Shown: positions 10,041 to 20,629, counted from the stretch's first letter. The stretch: 64,000 nt of DNA from an uncultured Rhodoluna sp. (GCA_964439235.1 CAYTNT010000002.1:28-64027); one strand, 5' to 3'. A program made the numbers and translations. Notes: generated by a model not told the origin, from the sequence alone.

Positions 10041-10982
10041 ATGTTGCTAGTTGAACCCCGTGAAATCAAGCTGACCACGCGCAGCGAGATCGCGGTTCGT
10101 CGCACGATTCCGCATGCCAAACTGCGACGAGTCGGGGCGTGGGTGTTTCTCGATCACTTCGGGCCGACTCCTCAGGTGGATGGCATGACCGTGGCGGCTC
10201 ACCCTCACACGGGGTTGCAGACAGTGACCTGGTTGTTCGAGGGTCAAGTGCACCACCGCGACAGCGTCGGCTCTAGCCAGCTGATTCGCCCGGGTCAGCT
10301 GAACCTGATGACCGCCGGCACCGGTGTTGCCCACAGCGAGAAGGCGAGGGTTGCCGCCGAAGTGTCGAATCTGCATGCGGTTCAGCTGTGGGTCGCCCTG
10401 CCAAATAGCGCTTCAAATCAACCGCCCAGTTTTGAGCATCTAAATGAGTTGCCTCAATTTGAGTCACCCAATCTGACCGGCACGGTATTCATTGGCGAGC
10501 TCGCCGGGGCAGCTTCGCCCGCAAAGGTGTTCTCGCCACTAGTGGCCGCGCAACTTGACCTAACTGGTATCGCATCTATCGATCTTCGGCCCGATTGGGA
10601 ATACGCGATTCTGCCGGTTGCCGGCGGGGTGTCGGCATTTAGCGCTGATGGTGAAACCCTCGAGGCCGCCGCGACCGAACTGGTTTACCTGCCGATGGGA
10701 AAAGACCGGTTGACGCTAGAGCCCGCGGGCGACCAAGGCGACCCGAGCGCCAAGACGGCGACCTTACTTCTGATCGGCGGCGAACCGTTCGATGAGGAAA
10801 TCATCATGTGGTGGAACTTCATCGAACGCACACCCGAGGCAATCGCGGCCAAGCGCGAGCAGTGGAACGCGCGCGAAACGCATCCCGTCGCAGGTTTTGA
10901 AAACTTCGAAGATGAAATCGGCGGCTGGATTCCGGCCCCGGAGCTGCCCAACGTAACTCTCAGGCCGCGCGGTCGCAGCTAG
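10041..10982 (+). CDS. Pirin-family protein (second subtype)
   Basis: FLDHFGP, HPHTGLQTVT, AHSE, MWWNF. Confidence 0.92.
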   Translation: MLLVEPREIKLTTRSEIAVRRTIPHAKLRRVGAWVFLDHFGPTPQVDGMTVAAHPHTGLQTVTWLFEGQVHHRDSVGSSQLIRPGQLNLMTAGTGVAHSEKARVAAEVSNLHAVQLWVALPNSASNQPPSFEHLNELPQFESPNLTGTVFIGELAGAASPAKVFSPLVAAQLDLTGIASIDLRPDWEYAILPVAGGVSAFSADGETLEAAATELVYLPMGKDRLTLEPAGDQGDPSAKTATLLLIGGEPFDEEIIMWWNFIERTPEAIAAKREQWNARETHPVAGFENFEDEIGGWIPAPELPNVTLRPRGRS

Positions 10983-12169
10983 TTTCCGTAGCCAGCAGGG
11001 TTGGCAATCAACTTGTCGAAGGCTAGTTCGGCAGACCCCAGCAGCAAGCTGTCAGAACCCAATTCGGCGGTGCGCAGAATCACTGCCTCGCGGGATGCCG
11101 AAAGCGAACCGTTGGTCATTCCCTGAAGCAGGCGCTCTTGATCAAGCCAGTAGAGCGCGGTCAGGAATCCGCCCAGCACGATGACCTCCGGGTTGAAGAT
11201 GTTGACGTAATTCGCCAGAGCCTTGGCCAGCACATCGATTTGCTTCTGTGCTACCGCGAGCACCTCTTTAGTGCGGTTGGCCAGCAGCGCCGACTGAAGC
11301 TCTTCGTCATTCACGTTCTTGAGTTTGAGCGCAGCGACTAGATCCTCGCGGCGCACCAGCGATTCGACGGTTCCCGGGATGCCCGAGTAATCGACCTGCT
11401 CGCTATCTGAAATGCGCACGTGCCCGAGCTCGCATCCGTAACCGGTAGCTCCTCGAAGCTGGATGCCGTTTGTGATAACTCCACCGCCAAGGCCTGAACC
11501 GCCCCACAGGTAGATCACGTCGTTGAAGTTGCGGGCCGCTCCAAACAGGTGCTCTGAACGGCAACCGAGGGATGCGTCATTGTCGAGATATACCGGCAGG
11601 TTGATTTCTTGCTGAAGCAGGTTGGCCAGCGGAACCTCTACCCAACCGAGGTGAGGCGCAAATCGCACGACGCCGTCACCCAGACGCACCTGTCCCGGGA
11701 CGGCGACGCCAACACCCACGACCTTGACAGCGCTGCCCAAGTTGTCGCGAATCTTCTGAATCAAGCGAGCCGACTCTTTGACAATCGTGCCCACCGGCGT
11801 GCCCGCAGCGTAATTGACTCGCTCTTCGAGAACGACCTTGCCCGAGAGCGAGACCGCGGCCACCGCGAGGTATTCGAGTTCGGGGTGCACCGACATCGCG
11901 ACAACATTCGAGGATGCGGAAACCTGGATGCTTGGTCGCCCGAGACCCTCACGGGCCGAACTCATGCTCTCTTCAACGAGCGCGAGCGCAGTTAGCTCTT
12001 CGACAAGGGTTGAAATCGTGCTTCGGTTCAGTCCGGTCAGCTGACCGAGGCGTGATCTCGAAATCGGGCCAAATCGGTGAACGAGCCCTAGCACGGTCGA
12101 CAAATTGTGCTGGCGCAATGCATCGCGGCCCTGCCCCAATTTCTTAGAGCTGGCGAGGATATCGACCAT
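10979..12169 (-). CDS. ROK-family transcriptional regulator (XylR-like)
   Basis: N-terminal HTH (ISRSRLGQLTGLNRSTIS), GVAVPG, DNDA, ELGH. The start is probably ATG 12169 or 12181 rather than 12247. Confidence 0.9.
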   Translation of the reverse strand: MVDILASSKKLGQGRDALRQHNLSTVLGLVHRFGPISRSRLGQLTGLNRSTISTLVEELTALALVEESMSSAREGLGRPSIQVSASSNVVAMSVHPELEYLAVAAVSLSGKVVLEERVNYAAGTPVGTIVKESARLIQKIRDNLGSAVKVVGVGVAVPGQVRLGDGVVRFAPHLGWVEVPLANLLQQEINLPVYLDNDASLGCRSEHLFGAARNFNDVIYLWGGSGLGGGVITNGIQLRGATGYGCELGHVRISDSEQVDYSGIPGTVESLVRREDLVAALKLKNVNDEELQSALLANRTKEVLAVAQKQIDVLAKALANYVNIFNPEVIVLGGFLTALYWLDQERLLQGMTNGSLSASREAVILRTAELGSDSLLLGSAELAFDKLIANPAGYGN

Positions 12170-12374
12170 CGGCAGTCTCATTTCATTTGTTGTTTTAAGC
12201 ACATTTAAGTTTGTCAAAAGTGCGATCTCCATTTGAGCATTACGCATATTGTCAATTTATTCAACAAATGTTTGTGTTTTCTAATTTGCAAGCGTTTCCA
12301 GTATTTATGCGGTCAAGAGCCCCGTTACTGGGTTGTTATCAAGTTGTTAGCAGTTTGAAAGCGTAAACAATCTT

Positions 12375-12404
12375 TTGACTTTGTTTAGTGTGCAAACATA
12401 ATCT
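12375..12404 (+). promoter_or_regulatory. Promoter of the sugar ABC operon, overlapped by a XylR/ROK-type operator
   Basis: TTGACT at 12375, then CATAAT/TAATCT at 12397-12404. Dyad TTTGTTT-N7-AAACATA at 12380-12400. Confidence 0.7.
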
Positions 12405-12472
12405 CGACTCCAATGTTGAGTCCCCTTGTAACACTGGGGGTAACCCGCAAACAATCAAAGAAGGGAGATCTA

Positions 12473-13516
12473 GTGAAGAAGTCTTCGCTGTTCTCATTGG
12501 TTGCAGTGGCTTCGGCTGCCGCACTAGCCCTGACCGGTTGCTCGGCTCCAGCCGAAGAGACCGGCTCAACCCGCGCATGTGTAATCCTGCCTGACGCCGA
12601 CAGCGGCACCCGTTGGGAGACTGGAGACCGTCCAGCTCTCGAGAAGGGTCTGACCGACGCTGGCTTCGAGGCTGACATCCAGAACGCTCAGAGCGACGCT
12701 GCAAAGTACGCAACTATCGCTGACGCTCAGCTCACCAAGGGCTGTGGAGTAATGCTTCTGGTTGACTTCCAGGGTGCTGCAGTAGCAGTCACCGAGAAGG
12801 CTAAGGCCGCTGGCGTTCCAGTTATCGCCTACGACCGCCCAATCGCTGGCGCTGACTACTACGTATCATTCGACAACGAGACCGTTGGTGCAATGCAGGG
12901 TCAGATGATCCTCGATGGCCTAGCTGCTGCTGGCAAGGACGTCACCACCGCAAGCATCATCTACTCGTCGGGTGACCCAACCGATGGCAACGCTGCCATG
13001 TTCCTCAAGGGTGCTCTAAGCGTTCTTGACCCTGCCGGTGCAAAGGCTGCCTTCACCATGGAGGGAACCTGGGACGGTGCCAAGGCTGGAACTCTGTTCG
13101 AGCAGGCATTCACCGCAGTTAACGGCAAGGTTGACGCTGTTCTAGCGCCAAACGACAACAACGCTGCATCGATCATCTCGATCCTCGACAAGAACGGTCT
13201 GACCGTTCCTGTTTCGGGTCAGGACGCATCGGTCGCTGGTCTGCAGAACGTTCTGCTAGGCAAGCAGACCGCTACTGTCTACAAGCCATTCCAGCTTCAG
13301 GTCGAGGCTGCGCTGAAGGTTGTTAGCGCAATCTTGAAGGGTGAGACCTACTCAGCCAACAAGACCCTCGAAGACGGCACTCCTTTCGTCACCGTTGACC
13401 CAGTGGTCGTCGGTCCAGACAAGGTAAAGGACGTAGTCGCTGACGGCAACGCAAAGGCCGCTGACATCTGCACCGCAGACGTAGCAGCTGCTTGTGAGAA
13501 GTACGGCGTCAAGTAA
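12473..13516 (+). CDS. Sugar ABC transporter substrate-binding lipoprotein (XylF/ChvE-like)
   Basis: GTG after GGGAG, lipobox LTGC, RWETGDRP, VIAYDR, SFDN, PNDNNA, GQDA, TVYKP. Confidence 0.9.
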   Translation: MKKSSLFSLVAVASAAALALTGCSAPAEETGSTRACVILPDADSGTRWETGDRPALEKGLTDAGFEADIQNAQSDAAKYATIADAQLTKGCGVMLLVDFQGAAVAVTEKAKAAGVPVIAYDRPIAGADYYVSFDNETVGAMQGQMILDGLAAAGKDVTTASIIYSSGDPTDGNAAMFLKGALSVLDPAGAKAAFTMEGTWDGAKAGTLFEQAFTAVNGKVDAVLAPNDNNAASIISILDKNGLTVPVSGQDASVAGLQNVLLGKQTATVYKPFQLQVEAALKVVSAILKGETYSANKTLEDGTPFVTVDPVVVGPDKVKDVVADGNAKAADICTADVAAACEKYGVK

Positions 13517-13533
13517 CAACTAAGTAGTACCGG

Positions 13534-13571
13534 CTGTGCGCCAGTCAGATCCTTGACTGGCGCACAGTTTT
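13534..13571 (+). terminator. Intercistronic stem-loop after the binding-protein gene (stabiliser or partial terminator)
   Basis: Perfect 14-bp inverted repeat CTGTGCGCCAGTCA / TGACTGGCGCACAG followed by TTTT. Confidence 0.8.
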
Positions 13572-13597
13572 ACTAAAGGAAGAAAAGGAAGAGCAAA

Positions 13598-14347
13598 GTG
13601 AGCGTTCCAGTCGTTCAGCTTTCGGGCGTGAAGAAAAGCTTCGGCCCGGTAGACGTCCTCAAGGGCGTAGAGCTAGTAGTCGAGCCTGGCAAGGTAACCG
13701 CACTTGTCGGCGACAACGGTGCCGGAAAGTCGACCCTGATCAAGGGTTTGGCCGGTGTCCAGCCATACGACGAAGGAACCGTGCTCTTCGAAGGCCAGCC
13801 GGTTGACCTCAACAGCCCGCGTCACGCATCCGCTCTCGGAATCGAAGTCGTGTACCAAGACCTCGCGCTCTGCGAAAACCTCGACATTGTTCAGAATATG
13901 TTCCTCGGTCGCGAAGACATGCGCACCGGAACCCTCGATGAGGCGAGCATGGAATACCAGGCCGCTAAGGCCCTGCAGAGCCTCTCGGTCAAGACCGTAA
14001 AGTCGGTTCGCCAGAAGGTTTCCTCACTCTCGGGTGGTCAGCGCCAAACTGTGGCGATTGCCCGTTCGGTGCTTCGCTCGGCCAAGCTCGTCATTCTGGA
14101 TGAGCCAACCGCCGCCCTCGGTGTCGCACAAACCGAGCAGGTGCTAAACCTCGTGCGCAGACTTGCCGACCAAGGCATCGCGGTCATCATGATCAGCCAC
14201 AACCTGGTTGACGTCTTCAAGGTCTCTGACAACATCGCCGTGCTTTACCTCGGCTCGATGGTTGCCCAGCTAAAGACCACAGAGACTAACCACAGTGAGG
14301 TAATCAGCTACATCACCGGCCTCAAGACTCAGCAGGAGAACAGCTAA
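13598..14347 (+). CDS. Sugar ABC transporter ATP-binding protein (single NBD)
   Basis: GDNGAGKS, LSGGQRQ, ILDEPT, ISH. Confidence 0.95.
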   Translation: MSVPVVQLSGVKKSFGPVDVLKGVELVVEPGKVTALVGDNGAGKSTLIKGLAGVQPYDEGTVLFEGQPVDLNSPRHASALGIEVVYQDLALCENLDIVQNMFLGREDMRTGTLDEASMEYQAAKALQSLSVKTVKSVRQKVSSLSGGQRQTVAIARSVLRSAKLVILDEPTAALGVAQTEQVLNLVRRLADQGIAVIMISHNLVDVFKVSDNIAVLYLGSMVAQLKTTETNHSEVISYITGLKTQQENS

Positions 14348-15589
14348 ATGTCAGACCTAACTCTCAAGACCGGACAAGAAGGAACCGCCAAAGAGCAGTT
14401 CAAGGCTTACCTGTCGCGTCTTCGCGCAGGCGACATGGGTGCTCTGCCGGCAATCGGTGCGCTGCTGGTTCTAGTCGCGCTCTTCGCCAACCTGAGTGAG
14501 TACTTCCTCACTCCAATCAACTTCGCAAACCTGTTCGTTCAGGCTGCAACCCTGATGATGATCGCTTCGGCACTGGTCTTCGTGATTCTGCTCGGTGAAA
14601 TCGACCTCTCGGCCGGTGTCACCGCGGGCACGGGCATGGCTATCTTCGTCAAGCTGAACCTCGACTTTCCGCAAATTCCGTGGATTGTGATGCTCGCCCT
14701 TGCATTTGCGCTGGGCGTTGCAACCGGTGCAACTATCGGTTACTTCGTTGCCAAGATCGGAGTCCCTTCGTTCGTGGTTTCGCTGGGCTTCTACCTTGCG
14801 TTCCCGGGCGTGATGCTCATCATCCTGGGTGACGGCGGTGTTCTTCGTCTCGAGGTTCCAGAGATCAAGGCGATCATGAACGAGAACCTCCCAATCTGGG
14901 GTGGTTGGGCGATGCTCGCGGTAGCTGCACTCATCACCCTGGCCATGGGCCTTTGGGATCGCTCACGCCGAATCAAGGCCAACCTTCCAGTTCGTCCGAT
15001 CCTGTTCCTTGGCCTCAAGGTCGCGGGAATCCTGGTCATCGGTGCACCAGCGGTCTACTACATGAGCATCAACCGTTCGTTCAACGCCGCGATGCCAATC
15101 GCCGGCGTGCCGATGGTTGTGCCAATCGCGCTAACTATCTTGTTCGTGGCTACGTTCGCTCTTGACCGCACTCGCTTCGGCCGTCACCTCTATGCGGTAG
15201 GTGGAAACCCTGAAGCCGCTCGTCGTGCCGGTATCAAGGTCGCCAAGATTCGCATCAGCGCATTCATCATCTGCTCGACCCTCGCGATGGTCTCGGGTGT
15301 CTTCAACGTATCCCGCATCGGAAACGTCGAGTCGGGAGCAGGTCGTGCAATCGTGCTCTCGGCAGTTGCAGCCGCGGTGGTCGGTGGCGTGAGCCTCTTC
15401 GGTGGTCGCGGTCGCCTTGCCCACGCAGCAATCGGTGCCTTCGTTATCGCAATCATCGACAACGGTCTCGGCCTGATCGGTATGCCTGCGGGCATCAACT
15501 GGGTGGTCACCGGTGGAGTTCTGCTGATCGCAGCAACCATCGACGCACTTGCCCGCAAGCGCAGCGGAGGCTCGCTGACGCGACTATAG
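14348..15589 (+). CDS. Sugar ABC transporter permease (XylH-like, CUT2)
   Basis: GEIDLS, TRFGRHLYAVGGNPEAARRAGI, VGGVSLFGGRG. Confidence 0.93.
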   Translation: MSDLTLKTGQEGTAKEQFKAYLSRLRAGDMGALPAIGALLVLVALFANLSEYFLTPINFANLFVQAATLMMIASALVFVILLGEIDLSAGVTAGTGMAIFVKLNLDFPQIPWIVMLALAFALGVATGATIGYFVAKIGVPSFVVSLGFYLAFPGVMLIILGDGGVLRLEVPEIKAIMNENLPIWGGWAMLAVAALITLAMGLWDRSRRIKANLPVRPILFLGLKVAGILVIGAPAVYYMSINRSFNAAMPIAGVPMVVPIALTILFVATFALDRTRFGRHLYAVGGNPEAARRAGIKVAKIRISAFIICSTLAMVSGVFNVSRIGNVESGAGRAIVLSAVAAAVVGGVSLFGGRGRLAHAAIGAFVIAIIDNGLGLIGMPAGINWVVTGGVLLIAATIDALARKRSGGSLTRL

Positions 15590-15594
15590 CTGTG

Positions 15595-15639
15595 GTTCGG
15601 GTTGGTCGTGCTCGCCTTCATGACGCGGCCAACCCGAAC
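15595..15639 (+). other. Intergenic hairpin between the permease and the alpha-xylosidase
   Basis: GTTCGGGTTGGTCG pairs with CGGCCAACCCGAAC. No U-tract. Confidence 0.6.
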
Positions 15640-15684
15640 AACAACCCCTGAAACAGTGCAACACCCTCTTCGAAGGCAGTAAAC

Positions 15685-17832
15685 ATGAAATTCACCAACG
15701 GTTACTGGCTCTTGAAAGAGGGTGTTTCGCTATCTGCGGCGACGCAGGTGCAACGCATCCAGTCTTCGGATCAGTCGGTCAAGCTGCTGCTGGCTACCCG
15801 AATGGTCGAGCACCGCGGGCAGACGCTGAACTCGGCAACTCTCGAACTCGAGGTCGATTCGCCAGCCGAATCAGTGCTCAGGATGCGTGCCACGCACCAC
15901 CGCGGCGGCAAAGCGCCGCTGAAGTTTGCGCTGAGCGAGTCGCCGCAGTCACTCGAGTTGGTCGAGGGCGACGGGTCGCTCACAATCGGCAGCGGCGACC
16001 TAAGCCTTCGCGTGCAAACCGAGGGTCGCTTCGGCGCATCCTTCATCGCCGGTGGCAGTGAACTCACCAGAATTGACCAGCGCGGGCTGTTCTTCGCAGA
16101 CACCCCCGACGGGCGGTTCATCTCGGGGCAGCTGGCGCTTGGAGTGGGCGAGAAACTCTATGGCCTGGGCGAGCGGTTCACGCCGTTTATCAAGAACGGC
16201 CAGACGGTTGACGTGTTCAACGAAGATGGCGGCACGGCCAGCGAACAGGCTTACAAGAATCTGCCGTTTTATGTCTCGAGCGCGGGATACGGAGTGTTTG
16301 TCAACCACACCGGACGGGTCTCGTTCGAACTCGGCAGCGAGACGGTCAGCCAGGCGCAATTCTCGGTGGCCGGCGAATCGATCGAGTACCTGGTGATCTA
16401 TGGGCCGACCCCCAAGCAGATTCTTGGGCGCTACACCGCGCTGACCGGTCGCCCCGTGCTTCCCCCGGCATGGTCGTTCGGGCTGTGGCTCTCGACCTCG
16501 TTCGTCACCGAGTACGACGAACAGACTGTCTCGAGTTTTATCGAGCAGATGAAGCAGCGCGAGATTCCGTTGAGCGTATTTCACTTCGATTGCTTCTGGA
16601 TGAGTGAATACCAGTGGTGCGACTTCGAGTGGGATCCGCGAGTGTTTCCTGACCCGGCAGCCATGCTCGCTCGCCTCAAGGCCGACGGGCTCAAGATTTC
16701 GCTATGGATCAACCCTTACATCGGACAGGCATCGCCGCTGTTTGACGAGGCTGCCGAGCACGGCTTCTTGCTGCGTCGCCCCGATGGTTCGGTCTGGCAG
16801 TGGGATCTGTGGCAGGCGGGCAACGCCATCGTCGATTTCACAAACCCGGGCGCTCGCGAATGGTTCAAGAGCAAGCTCAAGCCACTGCTCGACATGGGCG
16901 TGGACTGCTTCAAGACCGACTTTGGTGAGCGCATCCCGCTCGATGTCGTCTACTTCGACGGCAGCGACCCCGAGCAAATGCACAACCTGTACACCCAGCT
17001 CTACAACCAGACCGTCTTCGAACTGCTCACAGAACATTCCAAGCAGGATGCGATTGTCTTCGCGCGCTCGGCTACTGTCGGCGGTCAGACGATGCCGGTG
17101 CACTGGGGTGGCGACAACTCTGCCACGTATCCGTCGATGGCCGAAAGCCTTCGCGGCGGCTTGAGTCTGAGCCTTGGCGGCTTCGGATTCTGGAGCCACG
17201 ACATCGGTGGTTTCGAGGGCAAACCAGACGCGGATGTGTTCAAGCGCTGGGTGGCCTTTGGTGCACTCAGCTCGCACTCGCGCTTGCACGGCAACGAATC
17301 GGTGCGCGTGCCCTGGGCTTTTGACGAGGAGGCGGTCGAGGTGACCCGCCACTTCATGAAACTCAAGGCACGCCTGATGCCATACCTGTTTGCGAAGGCC
17401 GTTGAGGCGACCGAGACGGGCATCCCGATGATGCGCCCGATGCTGCTCGAGTTTGCCGACGACCGAAACTGTTGGCACCTCGACGAGCAGTACATGCTTG
17501 GCGATGCACTGCTAGTAGCCCCGGTGATGTCGGCCGACGGCGTCAAGCAGTTCTATCTGCCGGCAGGCGAGTGGACCAACTTCCTGACCGGCGAAAAGCT
17601 TCAGGGTGGTGCCTGGCACGAGCAGCGCTTCGATTACTTTGGGCTACCGCTTTTTGTGCGCCCGGGCAGCCTGATTGCGCTGGGAACGCGCGACGACCGC
17701 GCCGACTACGAGTATCAGGATCACTTCGAACTAGCCGGCTTCGGTGCGATGCCAGGGCAATCGGTGACTATCTATTCGCCCACTCACAACCGACTTGGCG
17801 GCCGCGCGCCGATTCGCGCGAGCTGGAGCTAA
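15685..17832 (+). CDS. yicI: Alpha-xylosidase (GH31)
   Basis: MKFTNGYW start, YGLGERF, HFDCFWM, nucleophile KTDFGERIP, HWGGD, WSHDIGGF. Confidence 0.93.
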   Translation: MKFTNGYWLLKEGVSLSAATQVQRIQSSDQSVKLLLATRMVEHRGQTLNSATLELEVDSPAESVLRMRATHHRGGKAPLKFALSESPQSLELVEGDGSLTIGSGDLSLRVQTEGRFGASFIAGGSELTRIDQRGLFFADTPDGRFISGQLALGVGEKLYGLGERFTPFIKNGQTVDVFNEDGGTASEQAYKNLPFYVSSAGYGVFVNHTGRVSFELGSETVSQAQFSVAGESIEYLVIYGPTPKQILGRYTALTGRPVLPPAWSFGLWLSTSFVTEYDEQTVSSFIEQMKQREIPLSVFHFDCFWMSEYQWCDFEWDPRVFPDPAAMLARLKADGLKISLWINPYIGQASPLFDEAAEHGFLLRRPDGSVWQWDLWQAGNAIVDFTNPGAREWFKSKLKPLLDMGVDCFKTDFGERIPLDVVYFDGSDPEQMHNLYTQLYNQTVFELLTEHSKQDAIVFARSATVGGQTMPVHWGGDNSATYPSMAESLRGGLSLSLGGFGFWSHDIGGFEGKPDADVFKRWVAFGALSSHSRLHGNESVRVPWAFDEEAVEVTRHFMKLKARLMPYLFAKAVEATETGIPMMRPMLLEFADDRNCWHLDEQYMLGDALLVAPVMSADGVKQFYLPAGEWTNFLTGEKLQGGAWHEQRFDYFGLPLFVRPGSLIALGTRDDRADYEYQDHFELAGFGAMPGQSVTIYSPTHNRLGGRAPIRASWS

Positions 17833-17833
17833 C

Positions 17834-19213
17834 GTGTCGAATCCCGCAGTCACCACAATCTTTGCGGCCGACCCCGCGGCTCATGTTTTCGATGGTCGGC
17901 TATTCGCCTACGTCAGTTACGACCAGCCGTTCACCAACACCCACGACTCGATGGTTTCGTATCACTGCGTGTCGACCGATGACATGGTGAAATGGGTCGA
18001 TCACGGGCAGATTCTGTCGCTCGAGCACGTGCCCTGGGCGCTGAGTCACATGTGGGCAATCGACTGCAACTACTGGCGCGGCAGCTACTATCTCGTGTTC
18101 TGCGCGTTCGACCGAGAGACCAGCACCTTCAAGACCGGTTTGGCGGTCAGCGAGCGACCCGAGGGGCCGTTCGAAGACCTCGGAATCATCCAGGGCGTCG
18201 AGTGGGGTCAAGACCCGAGCCTGTTTATTGACGAGGTTGACGGCCGGCTCACGCCGTATCTGGTTTGGGGTGGGCGCGGCTCGATTACGATGGCCGAACT
18301 CAACGAGGATTTGCGTTCGGTCAAGCCCGAGACCGTGACCGACCTGAGCGGTTCGCTCGAGGGCTACGAGGGGCCGTTCCTGCACAAGCGCGGCGACACC
18401 TATTACCTGACCTACCCGGCTCTAGATGGCGAGAAATGGCCGCAGCGCATGTGTTACGCCACGTCACGGAATCCGCTCGGCCCATACGAGTCGAAGGGCG
18501 TTTTCATTCCAGAGTACGAGGGCAACAGCGGCACGATTCACGGCTCGGTGGTCGAGTTCAAGGGTCAGTGGTACGCCTTCTATCACTCGGCGTGGGTCTC
18601 AGGGCTTTCGACCTCGCGCTCGATGATGGTTGACCGCCTCGAATACACCGCGGCGGGCGAGATCGGGCTGATAAACCCGTCGAAACAAGGGGCGGTGGAT
18701 GCGATCACGCGAACCGTCACGATACTCGATGCGGCCGCAGGCGCATCCTCGGGTTCGAAGCTGCACGGGGCTCGGGTTTCGACTGAGTTTGACGGCTCGA
18801 CCGGGCACGGCTGCGTCACCGGACTGCTGGGGCAAGAAACCGGGGTCTCGGTCTGGTTCGACTTCGGCGGCCATGCTGCGGATGCGAAACAGCGGCATCG
18901 GGTCTCGGTTCGCTATCGCAACGCGGGGCCGGACTTCAACGGACGCGTGCTCTTCGGCAACCACCTGTTCTACGACGGCAACCAAAACCAGTCCTACGAG
19001 CAATACATCAATCGCGGCACGGTGTTTGCCTCGACAGGCGGCGAATGGCGCGAGCTCGAGATAGGCGAGCTCGAGGTTTCGCCTGGCGGATACCGTATTC
19101 GACTCTCGGCAAGCCACAACCTCGACCCGCATTCGCCGGCGGCCGCCGCAGATGGCATCCAGATCGACTACTTCAAAATCGAACCGATCGAACCAACCTT
19201 TCCAACCAACTGA
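17834..19213 (+). CDS. GH43 beta-xylosidase/arabinofuranosidase with C-terminal CBM6/35-like module
   Basis: ADPAAHVFDG, WAID, DPSLFID, EGPFLHK, YAFYH. C-terminal VSVRY...IDYFKI. No signal peptide. GTG start at 17834. Confidence 0.85.
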   Translation: MSNPAVTTIFAADPAAHVFDGRLFAYVSYDQPFTNTHDSMVSYHCVSTDDMVKWVDHGQILSLEHVPWALSHMWAIDCNYWRGSYYLVFCAFDRETSTFKTGLAVSERPEGPFEDLGIIQGVEWGQDPSLFIDEVDGRLTPYLVWGGRGSITMAELNEDLRSVKPETVTDLSGSLEGYEGPFLHKRGDTYYLTYPALDGEKWPQRMCYATSRNPLGPYESKGVFIPEYEGNSGTIHGSVVEFKGQWYAFYHSAWVSGLSTSRSMMVDRLEYTAAGEIGLINPSKQGAVDAITRTVTILDAAAGASSGSKLHGARVSTEFDGSTGHGCVTGLLGQETGVSVWFDFGGHAADAKQRHRVSVRYRNAGPDFNGRVLFGNHLFYDGNQNQSYEQYINRGTVFASTGGEWRELEIGELEVSPGGYRIRLSASHNLDPHSPAAAADGIQIDYFKIEPIEPTFPTN

Positions 19214-19228
19214 CCCCGAAAGGCAGCC

Positions 19229-20629
19229 ATGATTCAAGAATTCGGCCCAGATTTTCTGTTCGGCGTGGCCACCGCCTCGTACCAAATCGAGGGTGCCGTC
19301 AACGAGGACGGTCGCGGCAAGACCGTTTGGGACACCTTCTGCGAGACTCCGGGTAAAGTGGCCCGCGGTGAGTCCGGTGCGATCGCGAACGATCACTATC
19401 ACCGCTACCTCGAAGACATCCAAATCATGAAGCAGATGGGTGTGCAGGCATACCGGTTCTCGTTGGCCTGGTCGCGCATGTTTCCAGAGGGTGATGAACG
19501 TCGAGAACAGCGCGGGTTCGACTTCTACAACCGCCTAATTGACGCGCTGTTGGATGCCGGCATCGAGCCAATTGCCACGCTGTACCACTGGGATCTTCCA
19601 CAGGCGCTGCAAGACCGCGGCGGTTGGGCCAGCCGCGAGGTGCCTGAGCGTTTGGGTGATTACGCATCCGCTGCCGCTGCAGAGTTCGGCGACCGCGTGA
19701 CCCGATTCGCGCCGATCAACGAGCCGTGGGTGATGTCCTGGTTGGGCTACGGCCTCGGCTACCACGCCCCCGGCATCGCAGACTTCGATCAGGCGATTGC
19801 CGCATCCCACCACACGATGCTCGGCCACAACAACGCGTTCAAAGCGATCAAGGCCGTTCGCCCGAATGCCAAGGTTGGGCCGGTGCTCAGCCAGAGTCAC
19901 CCAGATGTCGACGACATCACCGACCCCAAGCAGTTGCGTGCCGCCGCGGTGTTCGACATGAACCAGAACAAGTTCTGGATGGATGCCTTTTTCGCCGGCA
20001 AGTATCCCGAGCTCGCTTACGAGATCTACGGCGAGCGCCTAACCAAGCACATTCGGCCCGGTGACCTCGAGTTGCTTCCGAACGACTTCGTGGGGGTCAA
20101 CTATTACTTCAACACGCGAATCGGGCACGAGGTTGAGCCAACGCATCCGAACCGGGTTCGCGTGGTCGATGAATTGGCGGGTTTGAGCATGATCAGCACC
20201 TCGGTCGGGCAGGTGACCGACATGGGCTGGCCAATCACCCCTTACGGACTCGAAGACCTACTGGTTCGCTGGACTCGCGAATACCCCGAGACCCTGCCGC
20301 AGATCTTCATTACCGAGAACGGTGCCGCCTATGACGACGAGCCGGGGGCAGACGGTCGCGTGCGCGATCAGCGCCGCATCGATTACCTGAATGACCACCT
20401 GCTTGCTCTGAAGTCGGCCATTGGTCGAGGGGCCAACATCGGTGGGTACATGCAGTGGTCGATGATGGACAACTTCGAGTGGGCCGTTGGATTTGCTAAG
20501 CGCTTCGGGATTGTTCACGTGGATTACGCGACCCAGAAGCGAACCATCAAGGATTCGGGCTACTGGTATCGCGACACCATCGCTACCCGCGGGCGCAATC
20601 TCAAGGAGCGGTTCGTTGACTTTGCCTAG
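19229..20629 (+). CDS. GH1 beta-glucosidase
   Basis: ATASYQIEG, YHWDLP, INEP (acid/base), ITENG (nucleophile), DNFEW. Confidence 0.95.
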   Translation: MIQEFGPDFLFGVATASYQIEGAVNEDGRGKTVWDTFCETPGKVARGESGAIANDHYHRYLEDIQIMKQMGVQAYRFSLAWSRMFPEGDERREQRGFDFYNRLIDALLDAGIEPIATLYHWDLPQALQDRGGWASREVPERLGDYASAAAAEFGDRVTRFAPINEPWVMSWLGYGLGYHAPGIADFDQAIAASHHTMLGHNNAFKAIKAVRPNAKVGPVLSQSHPDVDDITDPKQLRAAAVFDMNQNKFWMDAFFAGKYPELAYEIYGERLTKHIRPGDLELLPNDFVGVNYYFNTRIGHEVEPTHPNRVRVVDELAGLSMISTSVGQVTDMGWPITPYGLEDLLVRWTREYPETLPQIFITENGAAYDDEPGADGRVRDQRRIDYLNDHLLALKSAIGRGANIGGYMQWSMMDNFEWAVGFAKRFGIVHVDYATQKRTIKDSGYWYRDTIATRGRNLKERFVDFA

